In this document: positions 18,976 through 25,693 of the stretch, in pieces
Position numbering within the stretch: position 1 is the stretch's first letter
How the letters are laid out: every line of letters begins with the position of its first letter
Source of the DNA: a virus
Lineage: Duplodnaviria > Heunggongvirae > Uroviricota > Caudoviricetes
Length of the DNA: 41,511 bases
Strand: one strand, 5' to 3'
Virus record (IMG/VR): IMGVR_UViG_2802429229_000003
Translations under genes and position numbers: made by a program
The notes under the pieces: generated by a model
The model's input: only the letters and a program-made list of their open reading frames with translations
Databases searched by the model: none
Told to the model about the DNA's origin: nothing

Positions 18976-20433
18976 TTAGGAGCGCCAAAAAAAACCTGAA
19001 AACAATATAATAACAGGATAAATTTCAAGGCGACCAAGAATCATAGCTATGCACATTAAACATTTTGCAATGTCATTAAGTACTCCGAATGACGATGCAG
19101 TAGCCCCAAAACCTAATCCCATATTATTAATACATGCAGCCACTGTTGCAAATGATGTAAGAAAATCATATCCCATACCATTTAACACCAGTATAAAAAA
19201 CACCGTAAAGAGAGTATAAAGAAAAAAGAAACTCCATACAGACCTCATTACACGATCTGTAACTATCTTCCCTCCTACATTTACACTCAACAACGCTCTG
19301 GGATGAGAAAGCTGATTTATCTCGTGTTTGCTTTGTTTGAAAAGTATAAGAAATCGAAGTGACTTAATTCCACCACAAGTTGAACCTATACATCCCCCAA
19401 AGAAACTTGACAACAGCAAAAATACTATCGTGTGCGTGGGCCAACTTGCATAATCCTGCGTAGCTAAACCATTATCAGTGAGCATGGAGCTGGCAAGAAA
19501 AAACGAATGAATAAAACTTCCATGCAAGTCATACATACCTATATGCCAGACCTGGAAAGAGGTAACAATGATCACCCCTAAGGCTATTAACAGAAAGAAA
19601 CGAAGTTCAATATCTCTGATTAAAGGTTTTATCGTTTTCCTGCTAATAACAATATACCAAAGAGTGAAGTTGAAAGCCGATAGCAGGGAAAAAGAACCAG
19701 CCACCAGCTCAACCAAATAGTTATTAAAATATCCGATACTCTCGCTATGAGTTGAGAAACCACCAAGCGAAACTGTGGAAATCCCGTGACAAATAGCATC
19801 AAACAAAGGCATTCCTGCAAGTCTATAACAGACAATACAAGCAATACCTAATAAAGAATAAGTTATCCACAGTGTCCGTGACGTATCGGCCAGGCGGGGA
19901 GTGAGTTTGTCATCCTTAAATGGCCCCGGCATTTCTGACTGATAAAGCTTTGCACCACCAATACCCAATAATGGCAATACAGCAACCGCCAGAACAATAA
20001 CTCCTAAACCACCTATAAAATTTAACTGTGACCGATAGTACAAATATGCCCGAGGTAATGAACTAACATCATCAATTACAGTTGCTCCTGTTGTTGTTAT
20101 TCCAGAAACCCCTTCAAACAGAGCATCAATGAACGTTAAATTAAGTTCTGAGTCAATCCATAAAGGGAATGCACTAATAACAGAAAACAAAATCCAAAAC
20201 ATTACAATTATAATAAACCCATCACGGGTACGTAATTGAATGCCAGATTTCTTAGTTGTATACCACGCTCCGCCACCAATGCAAAAAAATATAACGAAAG
20301 TTATAAAGAAAACGAACAGGCTTTTTTCTTTATAAAACAATGCTACAACCATTGGTGGCAACATTGAAAGACTATAGAGCCAAACCAGGAACCCACACAT
20401 ATGAGTAACAACTCTTACATGAGATGTATTCAT
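18976..20433 (-). CDS. trkG: Trk system potassium uptake protein TrkG (Rac prophage moron), 485 aa
   Basis: Polytopic membrane protein with repeated GGxK and Gly-rich pore-loop motifs; sequence from MNTSHVRVVTHMCGF matches my recollection of TrkG. AT-rich relative to flanking phage genes. Confidence 0.85.
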   Translation of the reverse strand: MNTSHVRVVTHMCGFLVWLYSLSMLPPMVVALFYKEKSLFVFFITFVIFFCIGGGAWYTTKKSGIQLRTRDGFIIIVMFWILFSVISAFPLWIDSELNLTFIDALFEGVSGITTTGATVIDDVSSLPRAYLYYRSQLNFIGGLGVIVLAVAVLPLLGIGGAKLYQSEMPGPFKDDKLTPRLADTSRTLWITYSLLGIACIVCYRLAGMPLFDAICHGISTVSLGGFSTHSESIGYFNNYLVELVAGSFSLLSAFNFTLWYIVISRKTIKPLIRDIELRFFLLIALGVIIVTSFQVWHIGMYDLHGSFIHSFFLASSMLTDNGLATQDYASWPTHTIVFLLLSSFFGGCIGSTCGGIKSLRFLILFKQSKHEINQLSHPRALLSVNVGGKIVTDRVMRSVWSFFFLYTLFTVFFILVLNGMGYDFLTSFATVAACINNMGLGFGATASSFGVLNDIAKCLMCIAMILGRLEIYPVIILFSGFFWRS

Positions 20434-20570
20434 ATCTAAATATTCTTTCAATTATAACCACCTTGCTGCAATATTATGATTATACTGTATAAAATTTAAC
20501 TCCTCTTAGATCTTACTTCACTGTTCCTTATGAAACAATCATCAAAATGAATCATATTGTAGTTAAGATT

Positions 20571-21035
20571 TTACTTTAAACACTGCTCGGTTATGTATTG
20601 CTGAGCACCTTCAAGTTGGGCCTGCATCATTACCAGTCGTTCCCGGAGGGTGAAATAATCCCGTTCAGCGGTGTCTGCCAGTCGGGGGGAGGCTGCATTA
20701 TCCACGCCGGAGGCGGTGGTGGCTTCACGCACTGACTGACAGACTGCTTTGATGTGCAACCGACGACGACCAGCGGCAACATCATCACGCAGAGCATCAT
20801 TTTCAGCTTTCGCATCAGCTAACTCCTTCGTGTATTTTGCATCGAGCGCAGCAACATCACGCTGACGCATCTGCATGTCAGTAATTGCCGCGTTCGCCAG
20901 CTTCAGTTCTCTGGCATTTTTGTCGCGCTGTTCTTTGTAGGCGATGGCGTTATCACGGTAATGATTAACACCCCATGACAGGCAGACGACGATGCAGATA
21001 ACCAGAGCGGAGATAATCGCGGTTACTCTGCTCAT
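20571..21035 (-). CDS. Rz: Spanin inner-membrane subunit Rz
   Basis: 154-aa [24 protein letters not shown]... closely matching lambda Rz as recalled; follows the endolysin gene. Confidence 0.85.
   Translation of the reverse strand: MSRVTAIISALVICIVVCLSWGVNHYRDNAIAYKEQRDKNARELKLANAAITDMQMRQRDVAALDAKYTKELADAKAENDALRDDVAAGRRRLHIKAVCQSVREATTASGVDNAASPRLADTAERDYFTLRERLVMMQAQLEGAQQYITEQCLK
20630..20815 (-). CDS. Rz1: Spanin outer-membrane lipoprotein Rz1, embedded in the +1 frame of Rz
   Basis: 61-aa ORF with lipobox LVVVGC and proline-rich [18 protein letters not shown], entirely inside Rz. Confidence 0.8.
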   Translation of the reverse strand: MRKLKMMLCVMMLPLVVVGCTSKQSVSQCVKPPPPPAWIMQPPPDWQTPLNGIISPSGNDW

Positions 21036-21508
21036 ACCTCAATCTCTCTGACCGTTCCGCCAGCTTCTTTGAATTTTGCAATCAGACTGTCAGCCTTATG
21101 CTCGAACTGACCATAACCAGCGCCCGGCAGTGAAGCCCATATATTGCTGCAACGGTCGATAGCCTGACGGATATCACCGCGATCAATCATCGGCAAAGCG
21201 CCACGCTCTTTAATCTGCTGCAGCGCTACAGCATCCTGACTTTCTGGAGAAAAATCTTTCAGGCCAAGTTGCTTGCGGTAGGCATCCCACCAGCGTGAAA
21301 GAAGCTGGTAACGTCCAGCGGCTGTTGATTTGAGTTTCGGATTTAGCGTGACAAGTTTGCGGGGGTGATCGGAGTAATCAGTGAACAGTTCGCCACCGAC
21401 AATAACATCATAACCGTGATTTCTGGTTTTCTGCCGTCCGTTATCTGTTCCTTCTGACCATGCCACCATATCAAGGAAAGCTTTACGCTGGGAATTAAGT
21501 GTCTGCAT
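21032..21508 (-). CDS. R: Endolysin R (lambda-type transglycosylase), 158 aa
   Basis: [50 protein letters not shown] matches lambda R closely as recalled. Confidence 0.85.
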   Translation of the reverse strand: MQTLNSQRKAFLDMVAWSEGTDNGRQKTRNHGYDVIVGGELFTDYSDHPRKLVTLNPKLKSTAAGRYQLLSRWWDAYRKQLGLKDFSPESQDAVALQQIKERGALPMIDRGDIRQAIDRCSNIWASLPGAGYGQFEHKADSLIAKFKEAGGTVREIEV

Positions 21509-21511
21509 TAA

Positions 21512-21853
21512 TTACTCCTTATGGGCACCGAACTTGTTACCGATGACCCTCATTGCCGCACCACGAATAGCATCAACACCAATCAGCCCCACCCCACCAC
21601 CAATGGCAACAGAAAGTGATTTAGGCCATCCGACATACTCAAGCGCGGATGCAAAGGTCAGCGTCAGAGCACCACAAAGCAGAATCTCAAGCGTTTTTCG
21701 TTTCCAGCCGCCGCCACCGCCAAAATAGGCAATGCGCAAACCAGCCATAATAATTGACATAACCACTGCACCCAGCGGCGTATCTCCACGCCACCAACTT
21801 TGTAAGAGTTCCAGTAAGTCAGGCCAGGAATGAGGGGCATTGTGCATTTTCAT
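21512..21853 (-). CDS. Holin with Met-Lys-Met dual-start motif (non-lambda holin family)
   Basis: GGAGGUGA RBS, then AUG AAA AUG (starts at 21853 and 21847); hydrophobic segments and charged C-terminus; immediately upstream of R. Confidence 0.65.
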   Translation of the reverse strand: MKMHNAPHSWPDLLELLQSWWRGDTPLGAVVMSIIMAGLRIAYFGGGGGWKRKTLEILLCGALTLTFASALEYVGWPKSLSVAIGGGVGLIGVDAIRGAAMRVIGNKFGAHKE

Positions 21854-21951
21854 AAGCCTCACCTCCGAGAGTTCGGATGGTGCTAAGTGTAAGATTCAGG
21901 CTCTCAGGCTTGCTAACAAGAAGTCGAGGATGTTTCCGGAGCCTAACAACG

Positions 21952-21976
21952 AAAAAGCCCCGGGACATGCCGGGGC
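21952..21976 (-). terminator. Intrinsic terminator (GCCCCGG stem plus U5) about 100 nt upstream of the holin gene
   Basis: Minus strand GCCCCGG-cauguc-CCGGGGC followed by UUUUUCGUUGUU. Confidence 0.55.
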
Positions 21977-22070
21977 CAGATGGAGTGCCAGATTAAGCTT
22001 CTGGCGGTATATACTCGTGTTTGATATCGTTAAATCGCCAAAAGTAACAATTCAAACAAAGAGGATTTTT

Positions 22071-22232
22071 ATGTCTGAAAAAAACAAACCACAAGGTGAA
22101 AATAAACCTCAGCAACCCGTGGCACCAAAACCAACTCCAACACAAAGTACTACAGACTTTGCTACACGTCGTGTTTTTGTTGGAGATTCTGCCGACTCAG
22201 TCATTGAACATATAAAAAAACAGCCGAGATAA
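22071..22232 (+). CDS. Hypothetical small protein, 53 aa, Pro/Gln-rich (MSEKNKPQGENKPQQPVAPKPTPTQSTT...)
   Basis: ATG at 22071 with AGAGGA RBS at 6-nt spacing; convergent with and overlapping the 3' end of the 189-aa gene by about 30 nt. Confidence 0.3.
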   Translation: MSEKNKPQGENKPQQPVAPKPTPTQSTTDFATRRVFVGDSADSVIEHIKKQPR

Positions 22233-22770
22233 ACATCGCCGCTACCGGAGCAAGGATGGTATACATCCTTGCTTTATCGAGACTCGTGCGGATTTTCTCA
22301 TTTTCCAACAGTAACTCTCTTGCTGTATCACTCAAGTCAACAAGGCGATACCTTCGTATAAGCGGCAATAACTTATCAGGTCCTAAATATCCTGCATCAG
22401 CGAATATTTTAAAGCTCGAGGGCTCCATATCCTTATATTTTTCATGATATAGATGATCAGGAGGGGCATTGATCAGGCCCCTAACCTTCACAGATAAACC
22501 AGTACATACCAAGTAAATGGCGCACCATGTCCATAGTAATGTAAATGTGGTAATTCCGGCGGTGAGAAAATCGAAATTAGTTTTCTGTGTCAGCAATAAA
22601 AAAGATGAACCAATTCCAACAATCTGAATGTTCAGAAGTTTGTATCCATTCTCAACATTGGTTTTGTTAGAAAGATGAATCTCTCGTATCGTCTCTTCCC
22701 CTTGTTTTTCAAGATAATCGACGAGCTCATCATCTACTCCTAAAAAATAATCTTTAGGTAGTTCTCTCAT
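22201..22770 (-). CDS. AT-rich moron: hypothetical membrane protein, 189 aa
   Basis: ATG at 22770 with GGAGGUGAG RBS; hydrophobic segments around aa 60-110 and 170-189; sampled 60-nt line about 33% GC. Confidence 0.6.
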   Translation of the reverse strand: MRELPKDYFLGVDDELVDYLEKQGEETIREIHLSNKTNVENGYKLLNIQIVGIGSSFLLLTQKTNFDFLTAGITTFTLLWTWCAIYLVCTGLSVKVRGLINAPPDHLYHEKYKDMEPSSFKIFADAGYLGPDKLLPLIRRYRLVDLSDTARELLLENEKIRTSLDKARMYTILAPVAAMFISAVFLYVQ

Positions 22771-22798
22771 CTCACCTCCACATCCTGTACTGAAAACA

Positions 22799-22807
22799 AT
22801 TTTACCA
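22799..22807 (-). promoter_or_regulatory. Candidate extended -10 promoter element (TGgTAAAAT) upstream of the 189-aa moron gene
   Basis: Minus-strand TGGTAAAAT about 30 nt upstream of the ATG at 22770; no convincing -35 hexamer. Confidence 0.3.
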
Positions 22808-22877
22808 GAATGTCTCGATTCTAGGTATTCCGCCAGGAATCGCGCTCCAGAAATGAAACATCAGGTTCGCCAGTACC

Positions 22878-22910
22878 AGAAACAACAAAACCCGCTCAAT
22901 GGCGGGTTCT
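22878..22910 (-). terminator. Terminator-like hairpin downstream of the putative Q gene (candidate tR'-type terminator)
   Basis: Minus strand AACCCGC-cauuga-GCGGGUU followed by UUGUUGUUUCUGG; about 85 nt after the Q stop. Confidence 0.45.
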
Positions 22911-22991
22911 GGTAAAGTTCATGCGCTTGGTTCGCCTCGCGATACAGCTTTGCGAAGCATACCGGAATTGAAGCAGTTTATGCGTAAAAAA

Positions 22992-23534
22992 TCAAGCTAT
23001 TTTTTGAGCAAATGATTCTCGCATGGGAATATATAGGGCATACTCAGCAACAGCCAACCAATTAGCAATTCGCTTTTCGCATGTGCTAAAACACCACTCA
23101 GGATGTGCATCATTTAGCAATTCAGCCATTTTGCGCTTAGTCATCCCCCGTCCTTCATACCGTTGCCGGAGGACACTAATCAATCCAGGATGCTCTGCCA
23201 GCACCTCACTTATGACTCTATCAATACATAACGCCTCTGCATCAGTACAATGCGCCAGCCAGGTCTTTTGCTTGCCATTGATCATCTCTCGCAAAAACGC
23301 TTCCAGCTCAGGTTTCTCTATTCCCGCTTTTTTCATCCTGCGCAGGGCTTCATTGACGGCTGTTTTCGTCAATTTTTTGGATGCCAGCAACTGGTTAAAC
23401 ATATTTCCCGTCTTACCGCCGCCAATATACGACCAGCGCCCCCACATGCGCAGTTTTCCCTGAATCCAGACACTTTCCAGCGTGGTGAGACGAAGGTGTT
23501 CCCCGCTTTTGCCTGTATTTGTTGGGTAAATCAT
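22992..23534 (-). CDS. Putative late-gene antiterminator Q, about 180 aa
   Basis: Last gene of the nin region before the lysis cassette; ATG at 23534 overlaps the upstream stop (ATGA) with GGAGAAAGGAAGG RBS. Assigned by position; no sequence similarity to lambda Q recalled. Confidence 0.5.
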   Translation of the reverse strand: MIYPTNTGKSGEHLRLTTLESVWIQGKLRMWGRWSYIGGGKTGNMFNQLLASKKLTKTAVNEALRRMKKAGIEKPELEAFLREMINGKQKTWLAHCTDAEALCIDRVISEVLAEHPGLISVLRQRYEGRGMTKRKMAELLNDAHPEWCFSTCEKRIANWLAVAEYALYIPMRESFAQKIA

Positions 23535-23821
23535 AAATAACCTTCCTTTCTCCAGATTTCTTGTGTGCGAAAAACACCTTCTGCATGCATCAGGCGTAAT
23601 TCTTCTTTGGTGTAATCGCTGGTTTTTACCCGCCCGTCGATTAAATCGTGGCATGAGCTACAGGCAATCGCTGCCTGCATATCGTGTGGTTTTGTCGCTG
23701 TTCCGCACGTCCCCGCCAGCCTGTAATGCGCCAGCACAGATGTTTCGGGATTGTGATTGCAGTAGCCAGGAATTCTGACGGTGCACATCTGCCCCCGCGC
23801 CGCTTTACGTAAATCCACCAT
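23531..23821 (-). CDS. nin-region protein, 96 aa, Cys-rich (YbcO-like)
   Basis: Paired cysteines (CNHNPETSVLAHYRLAGTCGTATKPHDMQAAIACSSCHD); size and position as for ybcO-type genes upstream of Q. Confidence 0.5.
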   Translation of the reverse strand: MVDLRKAARGQMCTVRIPGYCNHNPETSVLAHYRLAGTCGTATKPHDMQAAIACSSCHDLIDGRVKTSDYTKEELRLMHAEGVFRTQEIWRKEGYL

Positions 23822-24420
23822 TACGCAAACTCCAGTAACTGTGCGGCCACATTTTCGACTTCCTCCGGAGAGGAAAATTTACGGAACAGGATCCAGTTCC
23901 ACAGCACATTCAGTACAGATTTATAAACCTGCTGAAACTCGGTTTCGTCCATGTTCGCAAAAGCGATGGATTTCGCCAGACGCCCATGGCTACCGTCCGG
24001 ATAAAAATGTTCGGTGTAAAATCCAGCCTGAATGGTTACCCACTCGCGAAAAGCCTCAAACGACTTTAGCAATGCCGTATCCCGGGTTCTGCGTGTCGCA
24101 ACTGTATTCAGATATTGCTCTGCGGCATCACTCAGGGCTGGCGTGTGTTCCCGACCAACTGATTCGCACAGGTAATCAACGAAACCAGACAGCAGTTCTC
24201 GTTCGCGAGGCGTGATCGCCCCACCGACCGGAGTCCAGTAATCGAATCCCAGTTGCAGGAGTTTGAAAAAACGCTTGTGGAATGCGTAGTTACGCACACG
24301 CTTAAAGTCTGCGTGTATCCACTCACCTATTTTGATTTGATGCAGAAAATCGCAACTCTCCGGCGTCGCCGGGAGAAGTAAACCAGAAGAAGTTTGTTTG
24401 ACCAGTTGTATATGCGCCAT
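23821..24420 (-). CDS. nin-region hypothetical protein, 199 aa
   Basis: ORF in the delayed-early operon upstream of Q; no motif recognised. Confidence 0.5.
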   Translation of the reverse strand: MAHIQLVKQTSSGLLLPATPESCDFLHQIKIGEWIHADFKRVRNYAFHKRFFKLLQLGFDYWTPVGGAITPRERELLSGFVDYLCESVGREHTPALSDAAEQYLNTVATRRTRDTALLKSFEAFREWVTIQAGFYTEHFYPDGSHGRLAKSIAFANMDETEFQQVYKSVLNVLWNWILFRKFSSPEEVENVAAQLLEFA

Positions 24421-24694
24421 TTCTCAATCTCTCGATGGCGCAGTGCAGCAGATGCCAGTTGTTCAGGCTGACGTATAAAGTATAAATAAACTGGTTCCAG
24501 TGTAAAGCCCCCACATTGATGGAATAAAAATCAAACAATAGATTGCTGGGATAAAATACAACGCTTATTATTAAAAGCGGTTAGACAAATTAAATTTTAA
24601 TGTTATGCAAATCTGCCAGATCAGCATAATATCTCATTTGAAAACCGCTGAAATAACAATCCTATCAGGATTAATCATATTAAGGTGAGTAAAT

Positions 24695-24781
24695 ATGGAA
24701 AACAACAAATCTGCACATTACGCTCCTTTTTTATCTGTAATACTTTTTGTTTTTTGCTGTGTATGGGCATTATTTTTATAA
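24695..24781 (+). CDS. Candidate small hydrophobic peptide, 28 aa (MENNKSAHYAPFLSVILFVFCCVWALFL)
   Basis: ATG at 24695 preceded by AAGGUGAG RBS at 5-nt spacing; single hydrophobic helix; in an AT-rich intergenic region. Below the ORF track cutoff. Confidence 0.3.
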   Translation: MENNKSAHYAPFLSVILFVFCCVWALFL

Positions 24782-24858
24782 AAATATTCACAGATAAAAT
24801 AAACTCGCCGAATCAGGTTAAGTGTGGGTGCGTTGAGGATGCCTGACACATCAGAGGC

Positions 24859-24880
24859 GGCGAGGGATTTCTCCCTCGCC
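24859..24880 (-). other. Stable 9-bp GC-rich hairpin at the 3' end of the hok transcript
   Basis: GGCGAGGGA-uuuc-UCCCUCGCC, about 10 nt after the hok stop. Confidence 0.5.
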
Positions 24881-24889
24881 TGGTCACTC

Positions 24890-25045
24890 TTACTCCTCAG
24901 GTTCGTAAGCTGTGAAGACAGCGACCTCCGTCTGACCGGTTCGGATTCGCACCTCGCAGAGGTCTTTCCTCGTTACCAGTGCCGTCACTATGACGGTTAA
25001 ACAGATGACAATCAGTGCGACTAACATCGCCTTTTGCTGCTTCAT
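24890..25045 (-). CDS. hok: Hok/Gef-family type I toxin, 51 aa
   Basis: MKQQKAMLVALIVICLTVIVTALVTRKDLCEVRIRTGQTEVAVFTAYEPEE: N-terminal TM helix and conserved RKDLCEVRIRTGQTEVAVF core. Confidence 0.85.
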   Translation of the reverse strand: MKQQKAMLVALIVICLTVIVTALVTRKDLCEVRIRTGQTEVAVFTAYEPEE

Positions 25046-25102
25046 AGCCTGCTTCTCCTTGCCTTCCGGCGCGTAAGAGGCTAACCTACATGTGCAAAGC
25101 AT
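24890..25102 (-). CDS. mok-like in-frame upstream extension of hok, 70 aa
   Basis: In-frame ATG at 25102 gives MLCTCRLASYAPEGKEKQA then the Hok sequence, the same arrangement as chromosomal mok/hok loci. Confidence 0.5.
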   Translation of the reverse strand: MLCTCRLASYAPEGKEKQAMKQQKAMLVALIVICLTVIVTALVTRKDLCEVRIRTGQTEVAVFTAYEPEE

Positions 25103-25260
25103 GAAATTGGCCTCAGATTAATGTTAAGCGTCTTGCCGGACGCGTAATGTTATCTGGGGCTTTTCTCTATCTGCCGTTGGTGTTCATGCCCGAGGCAGAT
25201 AGCCTCAAGCACCCGCAGCAATTCTACTTAACCCCCGTCACCTCGCCAATATAAAATCAA

Positions 25261-25479
25261 TCAGAAAGGCGATCCATAAGAACAACAGCAAGACAATAAA
25301 TTGCCATTACAGCCGCAATAGCTAGCGCACATTTGAGAACCAGCACGACAACCTCCTGTATTGGGCGTACACCAGTCCTGATAAATATGAGGATGTCTCG
25401 TCAGTGATTCAATGCAACTATTGGGTATAGTTTCTGTGATTTTGTTCTGTAGAAATGGAACACAACAACCAGTCACCAC
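25261..25479 (-). CDS. Doubtful small Cys-rich ORF, about 72 aa (11 Cys)
   Basis: GTG at 25479 preceded by AAGGAAG; lies between the KAP terminator and the hok locus. Could be non-coding hok leader. Confidence 0.15.
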   Translation of the reverse strand: MVTGCCVPFLQNKITETIPNSCIESLTRHPHIYQDWCTPNTGGCRAGSQMCASYCGCNGNLLSCCCSYGSPF

Positions 25480-25640
25480 CAGCACTTCCTTAAATGCTCT
25501 AAGTCAGAAACAAGCCAACATTTTAGTCCGCTTTGAGCGAAGAGCGGACGCTCGCATCTGTCCCAACACACTGAGGGCTTCACGAACACCTAGGTGTACT
25601 CGTCAACTGGGAAAAAGTCAGATTATCTGCGTAAGTTTCA

Positions 25641-25672
25641 GCGTAAAAATTGGGCACTATAAAAGTGCCCAA
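25641..25672 (-). terminator. Intrinsic terminator of the KAP NTPase gene (9-bp stem plus U5)
   Basis: Minus strand UUGGGCACU-uuuau-AGUGCCCAA followed by UUUUUACGC, starting about 22 nt after the KAP stop. Confidence 0.6.
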
Positions 25673-25693
25673 ACTGTAGAAAAATACATAATG

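Noticed and set aside
18955-20457. 9-bp direct repeat CAATTATAA on both flanks of trkG, considered as a target-site duplication
   Set aside because: Short AT-rich match expected by chance in AT-rich DNA; the right copy overlaps the trkG upstream -10-like TATAAT; no transposase or inverted terminal repeats nearby.
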